Assembly (NCBI GenBank): GCA_958296135.2
Contig: CATQHZ020000001.1
Span: 4,256,001-4,320,000 of the forward strand
Origin: an uncultured Poribacteria bacterium
GTDB taxonomy: Bacteria > Poribacteria > WGA-4E > WGA-3G
DNA length: 64,000 nucleotides
Direction of reading: 5' to 3'
Position numbers and translations under genes: made by a program. Below the pieces are notes generated by a model. The model had not been told where the DNA came from. It saw nothing but the letters and a program-made list of their open reading frames with translations, and did no database searches. This document shows positions 39,034 through 48,110 of the stretch, piece by piece (the stretch's first letter is position 1; every line of letters begins with the position of its first letter).

Positions 39034-39852
39034 CTACCGCGACTTCTTTATCGCCGCCCACGCTGTTGTCAACCGGCCCTGTGGGGAGACAGGCGTTAAT
39101 CCAAGCACTGAACCGAGTCCATCGTTCATCAGCGTCTGGATATCCGCTTGCTCAAGCGGGACATTAAACACGCCGATTTCGTCTATCAACCCGAGCGCCG
39201 GTCTCGCGTTGTTGGCAGTGCCGCCCAGATTGACTTCCAGCCCTAGCGCGTCAAAGGTACCCGTGGTATCCTGCTCCTTATCGACTTCGCCATCGATGTA
39301 GACAATTGTCTTCGCGCCATCGTAAGTGAAGGCGAGATGGTGCCAGGTATCATCGTTGACTGTCTCATCGCCGAATAGCCAACTCGGCGCGAGGCCGCCG
39401 CTCCCTACCTCAACTTTCCCTTGGTTACCACCTCTGCCCGGCCCGAAAACATTCAGAATGTTCTTCCACCCCTCGGCAAAGGCGATAATCATGTGGTCAT
39501 CGGCGCAGCACGAACCGTGCGGATCCCCTTTACGTTGAATCTTCACCCAAGCAACGCCGGTGTATTCCTCGTTCGTGCTGTCAAGGCTCGATGAAGTGGC
39601 AATCTTGGCGTAGTCATCGTCGCCATCGAGGCTGAGAGCCTGCCCCCACTTGCCGCCACCGGCAACCTCGGCACCGTTCATCAGTTCACCGTCGTTTCCA
39701 TTGCCGCTGGCATCGCTGACATCGCCATCGTCAAAGAGCCAGACACCGACAGCGGTTGCACTGTCAATCGCCGCGAAACTTTGGAGCGGCAGTAGGCTGA
39801 AACCTAGTGTCATCAGTGCTAAAATCGGCAGAAGTGCCCAATGCTTTTTCAT
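39034..39852 (-). CDS. Secreted LamG domain protein, paralog of 32458..33270
   Basis: Shares CC.DDH and FGPGRGG..GKVE; C-terminal VSPQGRLTTAWAAIK. Confidence 0.88.
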   Translation of the reverse strand: MKKHWALLPILALMTLGFSLLPLQSFAAIDSATAVGVWLFDDGDVSDASGNGNDGELMNGAEVAGGGKWGQALSLDGDDDYAKIATSSSLDSTNEEYTGVAWVKIQRKGDPHGSCCADDHMIIAFAEGWKNILNVFGPGRGGNQGKVEVGSGGLAPSWLFGDETVNDDTWHHLAFTYDGAKTIVYIDGEVDKEQDTTGTFDALGLEVNLGGTANNARPALGLIDEIGVFNVPLEQADIQTLMNDGLGSVLGLTPVSPQGRLTTAWAAIKKSR

Positions 39853-40216
39853 GTTTACAGTTCTCCTTTTGTTATGCATAGTGAATGGTTTCCGAGACAC
39901 CGTGTCGCGGAAAATCCTAGTCACTTTTATTTTGTCATAAAGTGCGTCTGAAGTCAAGCGATTTTTTAGATGAAGACTTGCGCAGAACAACGTGGCCCCC
40001 TGCAGCAGTTGTGTGCTTGTTGTGGCGGATTGTAAGGGCGGATGTCTCTATCCGCCCGTAGCCGGCGAAAAAAAGAGCCCTTTCTTTTTTTAATCTTCAT
40101 CTGAGCCTGTCCTGTTTGCGATAGGGAGAGCGCAAACGAAGCCCGCGAAACAATTTTCTTGCAATTTATCCCAAATCACGTTATAATTTTCCCTAAATCA
40201 CCCAGGCTGGAGGCCA

Positions 40217-43200
40217 ATGATGCTCAGCATCAAACCCACGCACAAACCGATAACAACCTATTACGCCGAACTCGGACAGTATACGAGCCTCGGCGCACAA
40301 CACGAAGGAGCCGTCCGCGTCGCCTTCCAGAACTTGCTGCAACACTATTGCGGACAACGCCATCTCGCGCTGATATGCGAGCAGACGCGCACCACCCCTA
40401 ACGGAAACCAGATTCGCATTGATGGCGAAATCGTCACCGACTTTGGCTTAGTCTTCGGACACTGGGAAGCGAAGGACTTGTTCGATGAGCTCCCCGCCGA
40501 AGCGCAACAGAAGTTGACAACCGGCTATCCTGCCAAAAATATCATCTTCCAAACCCCGCACCGTGCGAGACTCTACCAAAACGGTTCGCTCGTGCTGGAC
40601 TTGGACATCACCGAACCGCGTAATCTCGTCCAGCTGCTCGAGAGCTTCTTCGCCTACACCGAAGAAAACCTCGCCGACTGGGATGCAGCCGTGGACACTT
40701 TCCAAGATACCATCCCCGAGCTCGGCGCGAGACTCGAAGCACTCATCCAAACCGAACGCCAAAATACGCCCGACTTCCGCGAGGCGTTCGCGAACTTCCA
40801 TCAGCAGTGCAGAAACGCAATCAACCCCAACCTCGCTGAAACCGAAGTCGAACGGATGCTCGCGCAACACCTCTTGACAGAACGCATCTTCCGCACCGTT
40901 TTTGATAACCCGGATTTCACGAATCGGAATATCATCGCGCAAGAAATAGAAAAGGTGATTCGCGTGCTGACGCGGCACGCCTTGAATCGGAATCAGTTCC
41001 TCAACAGTCTTGATGGATTCTACGCCGCTGTGGAAAACACGGCACGGACGCTGACAGACTATTCGCAGAAGCAGGCATTTCTCAATACCGTCTATCAACG
41101 CTTTTTTCAAGGCTTCTCTGTCAAAACCGCCGATACACACGGCATCGTCTACACGCCGCAACCCATCGTCGATTTCATGGTGAACAGCGTGCAGCATCTC
41201 TTGAAAACCCACTTCGGCAAATCGCTGGCAGATACAGGTGTCCATATCATCGATCCGTTTGTCGGCACCGGCAACTTCATCGTCCGCCTGATGCAAGAAA
41301 TCCCCGGCATCGCGCTAGACAAAAAGTATCGCGGCGAACTCCACTGCAACGAGGTGATGCTGCTGCCCTATTACATCGCCACGATGAACATCGAACACGC
41401 CTATTTCGAGAAAATGGGACGGTATGAGCCGTTCAAGCATATCTGCTTCGTAGATACGTTCGATACCTTCGGGTTGATGGACACGCCGCATCAGACAGGG
41501 CAGTTTGCCTTTCTCACGCAGGAAAACACGCTGCGCGTCAAAGAGCAGAAAGATACCCCGATGTTCGTCGTCATCGGCAATCCGCCTTACAATGCGAGCC
41601 AAACCAACGAGAACGATAACAACAAGAACCGGCCCCACGAAGCAGTCGATGCGCGCGTCCGCGCTACCTATGCCGCTGCCTCCACGGCGCAACTGAAAAA
41701 CAAACTCTACGATCCTTACGTCAAATCCCTCCGCTGGGCATCGGATAAAATCGGGGAAGAAGGCATCATCGCGTTTATCACGAATAACAGTTTTCTGGAT
41801 GCGGCGATGTTCGATGGGATGCGGCAGTGTCTCGCCGAGGAATTTGACCGGCTTCATATCGTCGATCTGGGTGGGAACATTCGCAAGGGACAAAAGGGAG
41901 ATTCCAACGTGTTCGGCATTCAAGTCGGCGTGAGCATCAATTTCTTTGTGAAAACGAAGCAGCAACGCGCGGGCATCGCGCGCATCCGCTATACCGATGA
42001 AGCCGCCGCTTTGTCGAAGGCACGCACCTTCCAGTTTCTCGCAGCCCACGAACATATCGGGAATGTGACGTGGCGCGAATTGCAGCCAAATGCGCGCCAA
42101 CTGTGGCTCACGGAGGGGCTCGAACCCGACTTTGACACGTTCCTCCCGATGGGCACCAAGAAAGCAAAGGCGGCAAAAGGTGCTGTTGAAGGCACGCTCT
42201 TTAAAACCTATAGCCTCGGCGTGGTGACGGCTCGCGACGCATGGGCTTACAACTTCAAGCCGGCCGCGCTGCAAGAAAATATGACGCGGATGATGGCCTT
42301 CTTCAACGCCGAATGCGGCCGGTGGGAAGGGCGCGCCGACCGGGATGTCCACGTGAAGGATTTTGTGGATACCGATAAAACGAAGATAAAGTGGACCCGG
42401 AGTCTGCTGTCAAAGTTGCGTCAGGGCAAATTGGCAACGTTTTCGCCGGAAAAGATACGCCATTCTCTTTTCCGGCCGTTTACCAAAACGCACCTCTACT
42501 TGGATCGGATGATGAACGAGTGCGTCTATGTGATGCCCGCCATTTTCCCGACACCGGAAACCGAACAGGAAAATCGGGTTATCTGTGTCAATCTGACGAA
42601 AGAAAAACCTTTCACCTGTTTGATGGTAGACTGCATTCCCCAACTTACGATGACAGGGGGGTTTGGTTCACCAACACAATCTTTCCCTTTCTATATTTAC
42701 GATGAGGACGGCACCAACCGCCGAGAAAACATCACCGACTGGGCTCTCGCACAGTTCCGCGCACACTACGCCGACGAGACTATCACCAAGTGGGACATTT
42801 TCCACTACAATTACGCCGTTTTGCATCATCCTGACTATCGCGAACGGTATCAGGTGAACTTGAAGCACGATTTGCCGCATCTCCCGTTCGCCCCAGAGTT
42901 CTGGGGGTTCGTGAACATCGGGCGCGCTTTGGCAGACTTGCATGTCAATTATGAAGCACTTGACGTGCTGCCAAACGTCGTTGAGACACCGGGCGTGCCG
43001 CTGAATTGGCGCGTGGCACAGATGAAGTTGTCAAAAGACAAGACTGAGGTGCGATACAACGAATCGTTGACGCTAGTGGATATTCCGCCGGCCGTGTTTG
43101 ATTATCAGTTGGGGCGGCGTTCGGCATTGGAGTGGGTCCTCGATCAGTATCGGGTGAAGTCGGATCCGAATGGTAGTGGTATTGTTGCGGATCCGAATCG

Positions 43201-43306
43201 TGTTGAGGATGCGCAATATATCGTTCGGTTGCTTGGGCAGGTGATGCGTGTGAGTGTGGATACGGTGCGGTTGGTTGGGGAATTGCCTTCCCTCCTTGTC
43301 CCGTAG
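40217..43306 (+). CDS. Single-chain restriction-modification enzyme: N6-adenine MTase plus Type ISP-like C-terminal specificity region
   Basis: GIVYTP, DPFVGTG, GNPPY, RPF and W..DQY motifs; N-terminal DG...EAK. Confidence 0.88.
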   Translation: MMLSIKPTHKPITTYYAELGQYTSLGAQHEGAVRVAFQNLLQHYCGQRHLALICEQTRTTPNGNQIRIDGEIVTDFGLVFGHWEAKDLFDELPAEAQQKLTTGYPAKNIIFQTPHRARLYQNGSLVLDLDITEPRNLVQLLESFFAYTEENLADWDAAVDTFQDTIPELGARLEALIQTERQNTPDFREAFANFHQQCRNAINPNLAETEVERMLAQHLLTERIFRTVFDNPDFTNRNIIAQEIEKVIRVLTRHALNRNQFLNSLDGFYAAVENTARTLTDYSQKQAFLNTVYQRFFQGFSVKTADTHGIVYTPQPIVDFMVNSVQHLLKTHFGKSLADTGVHIIDPFVGTGNFIVRLMQEIPGIALDKKYRGELHCNEVMLLPYYIATMNIEHAYFEKMGRYEPFKHICFVDTFDTFGLMDTPHQTGQFAFLTQENTLRVKEQKDTPMFVVIGNPPYNASQTNENDNNKNRPHEAVDARVRATYAAASTAQLKNKLYDPYVKSLRWASDKIGEEGIIAFITNNSFLDAAMFDGMRQCLAEEFDRLHIVDLGGNIRKGQKGDSNVFGIQVGVSINFFVKTKQQRAGIARIRYTDEAAALSKARTFQFLAAHEHIGNVTWRELQPNARQLWLTEGLEPDFDTFLPMGTKKAKAAKGAVEGTLFKTYSLGVVTARDAWAYNFKPAALQENMTRMMAFFNAECGRWEGRADRDVHVKDFVDTDKTKIKWTRSLLSKLRQGKLATFSPEKIRHSLFRPFTKTHLYLDRMMNECVYVMPAIFPTPETEQENRVICVNLTKEKPFTCLMVDCIPQLTMTGGFGSPTQSFPFYIYDEDGTNRRENITDWALAQFRAHYADETITKWDIFHYNYAVLHHPDYRERYQVNLKHDLPHLPFAPEFWGFVNIGRALADLHVNYEALDVLPNVVETPGVPLNWRVAQMKLSKDKTEVRYNESLTLVDIPPAVFDYQLGRRSALEWVLDQYRVKSDPNGSGIVADPNRVEDAQYIVRLLGQVMRVSVDTVRLVGELPSLLVP

Positions 43307-44163
43307 GGCGAGGTCCTGTGCCTCGCCATGCATCGGTCTATTGAACGTCACTTCTTCACCGTAGGGCGAGGGCCCGGCGATCGCGAATCGCCGAGGGTTC
43401 CCCTCGCCATGTATCGGTCTATTGAACGTCACTTCTTCACCGTAGGGCGCGGGCCCGGCGATCGCGAATCGCCGAGGGTTCCCCTCGCCAGGCATCGGGC
43501 CATCAAGAAGCGTTCGCGGGGGACAAGAACACCCCACTTCACCGTAGGGCGAGGTCCTGTGCCTCGCCATGCATCGATCTATCGAACGTCACTTCTTCAC
43601 CGTAGGGCGAGGTCCTGTGCCTCGCCATGTATCGATCTATCGAACGTCCTTCTTCACCGTAGGGCGAGGGCCCGGCGAGTGAACGATCGCGGGGGACAGG
43701 CCCCCGCGCTACGGGACGAGAACGTTCTATGTCTCTCCAACGATCGCGGGGGACAGTGGACATCTCTGCAGCGAGGCGGCAGAGATGACAACGTTTCGGC
43801 GTGACGGCCCCCGCGCTACGGGCACCGGGGGGTTGTCTGATACCGTAGGGCGAGGTCCTGTCCCTCGCCAGGCATCGGGCCATCGAGAAGCGTTCGCGGG
43901 GGACAGGCCCCCGCGCTACGGGACGAGAACGTTCTATGTCTCTCCAACGATCGCGGGGGACAGTGGACATCTCTGCAGCGAGGCGGCAAAGATGACAACG
44001 TTTCGGCGTGACGGCCCCCGCGCTACGGGCACCGGGGGGTTGTCTGATACCGTAGGGCGAGGTCCTGTCCCTCGCCAGGCATCGGGCCATCGAGAAGCGT
44101 TCGCGGCGGACAGGCCACTACGGGACGAAGGACGATCGCGGGGGACAGGCCCCCGCGCTACGG
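43302..44163. repeat. Large mosaic REP cluster (BIME-like) including a 207-bp tandem duplication with two nested-insert REPs
   Basis: More than 10 CGTAG(G/C)GCG...CCTCGCC / CCCCGCGCTACG units. Confidence 0.9.
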
Positions 44164-44227
44164 GTTAAGAACGTTACCGTATCACCGGAAGAAAGATTAA
44201 CCCGGTTCCGCCGCCTACGAAAAAAAT

Positions 44228-44256
44228 TTGACAAATCCTCATTTTTGTGGTATACT
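44228..44256 (+). promoter_or_regulatory. Sigma70-type promoter
   Basis: TTGACA-17 bp-TATACT. Confidence 0.7.
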
Positions 44257-44363
44257 AATTAAGCAACTTCAATTTTGTTGAACGAACTCCGTAGGTGCGT
44301 TTGCAAACCGCGCCTATGTGTAGCGAATTGTGGAATTTGTGTTTGTCCTATTGGAGGCCTGTT

Positions 44364-45074
44364 TTGCTATCCGTAGTTGAAAACATTGGCATCGCCCCCT
44401 CGGTAATGTGCGCCGATTTGTGCAATTTGGAAACCGATATCCGGCGATTGGAAACCGCCGGCATCGACTTGCTTCACTTTGACTTGATGGACGCGCACTT
44501 CGTGCCGAACATGCCGATAGGACTTGCACTCCTCGCGCAGTTACGTCCGAAGACAGCTTGCGCGTTTGACATCCATCTCATGGTGGAAGACAACGATTTT
44601 TTTGTGGCGGCAGTCGCGGACATCGGCGTTCAGCAAATCGCTGTTCATGTGGAATCCGCGCGGCATCTGGATAGGACGCTGTCCCTCATTCAGGCGCGCG
44701 GCGTTAAGGCAGGTGCCGCGCTCAACCCGGCGACACCCCTCTCCGCGTTAGACTACGTCGTGGACAGACTCGATTTTGTGTTGGTGATGACGGTGAATCC
44801 CGGATTTGCGGGACAGACATTGGTGCCCGCGACGCTTAAAAAGATTGCGGATTGCCGCGCATTTTTAGCGAAACGCGGACGCGACATCCCGATTGAGGTA
44901 GATGGCAACGTCAGTTTTGAAAATATCCCGAAGATGGTGGCTGCTGGCGCGGATATCCTCGTCGGTGGAACGAGCAGTGTCTTTCATACCGATGGCACGC
45001 GCGCCGAAAATATCCGGCGGCTGCGGGATGCCGTTGGAGACGGCCTCGCGCAACGGAAGCATCTAGGAACGTAG
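44364..45074 (+). CDS. rpe: Ribulose-phosphate 3-epimerase family protein
   Basis: H.D.MD.HFVPN, DIHLMV, MTVNPGFAGQ and EVDG motifs; TTG start after GGAGG. Confidence 0.9.
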   Translation: MLSVVENIGIAPSVMCADLCNLETDIRRLETAGIDLLHFDLMDAHFVPNMPIGLALLAQLRPKTACAFDIHLMVEDNDFFVAAVADIGVQQIAVHVESARHLDRTLSLIQARGVKAGAALNPATPLSALDYVVDRLDFVLVMTVNPGFAGQTLVPATLKKIADCRAFLAKRGRDIPIEVDGNVSFENIPKMVAAGADILVGGTSSVFHTDGTRAENIRRLRDAVGDGLAQRKHLGT

Positions 45075-45159
45075 CAGTCGCCAACGGCGGCTTCAGCCCT
45101 GGGTAAGTGCAATGGAGATGCCTGAGAACCCTTTATCGAACGCTGAAAGCGCTGAATTG

Positions 45160-46275
45160 ATGGAAGCACTCGTGCTGCACGGCATCGGCGATGTGCGGCA
45201 CCAGCGGATACCGAAGCCGTCCCTCACGGAAGGCACAGTGCGCGTCCGCATCGGGTTTTGCGGTGTGTGCGGCTCCGATATGCCGCGCATCTTCACCAAA
45301 GGCACTTACACCTTTCCGACGGTGTGCGGGCACGAATTCGCGGGCATCGTGGAGGCGTGCGGCGCAGGCGTTGACACTTTCTCGCCCGGCGATGCTGTCG
45401 TCGTCTTTCCGCTGCTCTGGTGTGGGATGTGCCCGGCGTGTGAGCAGGGAAACTATGTGCAGTGCCACGACTACGACTACCTGGGTTCGCGGCGGGATGG
45501 CGCGTTTGCCGAATTTGTCGTCGCGCCGAAAGAAAACCTTATCCGCGTACCGGAAAAGGTCGCGTTGGAAGAAGCAGCGATGACGGAACCCGCGGCTGTC
45601 GCCTTACACGCGCTCCGCCGAGTCGGAACATCGCTCGTCGGTAAAACGGTTGCGATTTTCGGCGCGGGCCCGATCGGACTCATGGCAGCACACTGGGCAC
45701 GGATAATGGGTGCAGCAGACGTGCTTCTCTTTGACATTGTCGCGGCGAAACTAGCACTCGCGAAACGTCTCGGATTTCAGCATGTCTTTCGTAGCGCAGC
45801 CGTAGAAGCGAACGCTAACGAAAACCGGCACGGCTCCGTAGCACGAGGGCCTGTCCCTCGCGGCTGTGCAAAAGACGCGGTAGAAATCGTCAGTGAGCAC
45901 ACGGATGGGCAAGGCGCGCATGTCGCGATTGAAGCCGCCGGCGTGCCGCAAACCTATCGCGATGCCCTCGGCAGTGTGCGTCACGGTGGCAGCGTCGTCT
46001 TGCTCGGCAACCCGATTGCAGACGTAACCTTGCCAGCACCGCTCATCTCGCAATTGATGCGGCGCGAGGTGACGCTCCTCGGCACCTGGAATTCCGATTA
46101 CAGCACCGCCGGTAACGATGATGATTGGCGCGCTGTGCTACAAGCGATGGCATCGGGACAGCTGTCCCTCGCGCCATTGATTACGCACAAAGTGCCGTTG
46201 GCAGATGGCCCAGACATGTTGCACAAAATGAAGGATAAACAGGAATTTTACGCGAAGGTGCTTATGCACCCGTAA
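45160..46275 (+). CDS. Zn-dependent polyol(-phosphate) dehydrogenase (GatD-like) with in-frame REP
   Basis: GVCGSD, GHEF, YLGSRRDG and GAGPIG motifs. Confidence 0.9.
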   Translation: MEALVLHGIGDVRHQRIPKPSLTEGTVRVRIGFCGVCGSDMPRIFTKGTYTFPTVCGHEFAGIVEACGAGVDTFSPGDAVVVFPLLWCGMCPACEQGNYVQCHDYDYLGSRRDGAFAEFVVAPKENLIRVPEKVALEEAAMTEPAAVALHALRRVGTSLVGKTVAIFGAGPIGLMAAHWARIMGAADVLLFDIVAAKLALAKRLGFQHVFRSAAVEANANENRHGSVARGPVPRGCAKDAVEIVSEHTDGQGAHVAIEAAGVPQTYRDALGSVRHGGSVVLLGNPIADVTLPAPLISQLMRREVTLLGTWNSDYSTAGNDDDWRAVLQAMASGQLSLAPLITHKVPLADGPDMLHKMKDKQEFYAKVLMHP

Positions 46276-46338
46276 TACCCGATGAACCTTAGATTGCGAG
46301 GGACAGGCTCTCGCGTTACATGCCAAAGGACGTTTGCA

Positions 46339-47409
46339 ATGATAGCAGCGATACTCGAAAGCCTTGAAAATTTAACCGTCCGAGAGGTGCCGGAACCCGA
46401 GATTGACGATGATTCCGCCTTAATGCGCGTTGAATCTGTCAGCATCTGCGGCTCCGATGTGCGCATCCTCCACCACGGCAACCCGCGCGTCAAACCGCCG
46501 ACGATCATCGGCCACGAAAATGCAGGCGTGATTGTCAAAACCGGCAAAAACGTCACCCGCGTCCGAGAGGGAGCCCGGGTCTCCATCGGTGCCGATGTGC
46601 CGTGTGGGCAGTGCCACTGGTGCCGAAACGGGCTCGGTAACAATTGCGAGATTAACTACGCCATCGGTTACCAAATCCCTGGGGCGTTCGCACAATACAT
46701 GAAACTCCCGCGCCTCGTGTTGGAAGAAGGACCGGTTACGTCATTCAGCAGTGCCCTCAGTTTTGACGAAGCCGCCCTCGCCGAACCGCTCGCCTGTGCC
46801 ATCAACGGTTTGGAGCTCGTGAACATGTCACTCGGCAAAACCGTTGTTATCATCGGGCTCGGCCCCATCGGATGCATGATGATAGATTTGGCGCGAGTGA
46901 TGGGCGCGACGAAGGTTATCGGGGTGCAACGCAGCAAACTGCGCATGGAAATCGCCAAGTTTTACGAAGCGGATACCTACATCGCCTCTGAAGAAGAGGA
47001 CGTAGTGGCACGGTGCCGCGAGGAAACTGATGGCGAAGGCCCGGATGTCGTCGTCACGACATGTGCATCGGTGGCGGCGCATGAGCAAGCCGTTGAGATG
47101 GTAGCGCACCGCGGCTACGTCAACTTGTTTGGCGGCCTGCCGAAAACGATGCGTCCAATGAGCATTTTGTCGAACACTATCCACTACAAGGAGTGTTTTC
47201 TGACCGGTTCACACGGGTGCGTGCCGCGTCACCATGAATTGGCGGTGCGGCTCCTTGAAAAGGGGCTCGTGCGGGTGCAACCGCTCATCACGCACCATTT
47301 CCCGCTCGTGGAAATTGACAAGGCGTTTGAGGCGATGGAATCCCGAAAAGGGATGAAGATTATGATGCATCCGAATGGGGAAACCTCATCCCCGTCGGGC
47401 CGCGCTTAG
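46339..47409 (+). CDS. Zn-dependent dehydrogenase (MDR family)
   Basis: ICGSD, GHE, CxxCxxC and GLGPIG motifs. Confidence 0.92.
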   Translation: MIAAILESLENLTVREVPEPEIDDDSALMRVESVSICGSDVRILHHGNPRVKPPTIIGHENAGVIVKTGKNVTRVREGARVSIGADVPCGQCHWCRNGLGNNCEINYAIGYQIPGAFAQYMKLPRLVLEEGPVTSFSSALSFDEAALAEPLACAINGLELVNMSLGKTVVIIGLGPIGCMMIDLARVMGATKVIGVQRSKLRMEIAKFYEADTYIASEEEDVVARCREETDGEGPDVVVTTCASVAAHEQAVEMVAHRGYVNLFGGLPKTMRPMSILSNTIHYKECFLTGSHGCVPRHHELAVRLLEKGLVRVQPLITHHFPLVEIDKAFEAMESRKGMKIMMHPNGETSSPSGRA

Positions 47410-47453
47410 ACAAACGTGCCGCGCGTAGACAAACGTAACGAGGAACCACACGT

Positions 47454-47969
47454 ATGCGTGACTTTTCAGAATATATTCGGGACTTACCCGATTTTCCGGA
47501 TGCGGGTATCCTTTTCAAGGATATTACCCCGCTTTTAGGCAATAAAACCGCTTTCCATGAGGCTGTTGAGGCATTGGCATCGCGGTTTGAATCCAAGGCT
47601 ATTGACGTGGTTGTCGGCATTGATGCACGCGGCTTTATCCTCGCCGCGGCCCTGGCATATCGCTTGCGGACAGCGTTCGTCCCTATCCGGAAGCGTGGGA
47701 AGCTGCCCTACGCAACGTATGAGGCCACCTATGAATTGGAATACGGCATGGACATCCTCACGATTCATCAAGACGCGTTCTCGAAGCAGAGCCGGGTGCT
47801 TATCTGTGACGATGTCCTCGCGACGGGGGGCACACTCGCCGCTTCCGTTGAGCTCGTTGAAAGGCTGGAAGGCGAGCTTGTCGGCATCGCGTTGCTTGCG
47901 GAGTTAACCGAATTGGAAGGCCGAGAAAAAATCGGCGACTACGAGATTTTCTCGCTCATTGAATCTTAG
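47454..47969 (+). CDS. apt: Adenine phosphoribosyltransferase
   Basis: PDFP..GILFKDITP, RK.GKLP and DDVLATGGT motifs. Confidence 0.96.
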   Translation: MRDFSEYIRDLPDFPDAGILFKDITPLLGNKTAFHEAVEALASRFESKAIDVVVGIDARGFILAAALAYRLRTAFVPIRKRGKLPYATYEATYELEYGMDILTIHQDAFSKQSRVLICDDVLATGGTLAASVELVERLEGELVGIALLAELTELEGREKIGDYEIFSLIES

Positions 47970-47998
47970 TTGCTGTTCTCGCCGGAGAAATATCAGAC

Positions 47999-48071
47999 GC
48001 GCCTGTAGCTCAGCGGACAGAGCAGAGGCTTCCTAAGCCTCGTGTCGGGGGTTCGATTCCTCCCAGGCGCG
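47999..48071 (+). tRNA. tRNA-Arg (anticodon CCT); CCA end not encoded
   Basis: GCGCCTG/CAGGCGC acceptor stem, GAGGC-TTCCTAA-GCCTC anticodon arm, GGTTCGATTCC T-loop. Confidence 0.95.
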
Positions 48072-48110
48072 CCTCTCACTGGGTATGATGACGAAACATA
48101 GGAAGAATTG

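Noticed and set aside
43073-44168. ORFs of 120-180 aa in the repeat cluster (similar ones at 1750-2206, 7597-7804 and 21253-21642)
   Set aside because: They are translations of GC-rich REP repeats with no protein motifs or RBS.
47999-48071. tRNA-Arg as an island integration site
   Set aside because: It is flanked by core genes apt and secD; no integrase or duplicated tRNA 3' end was seen.
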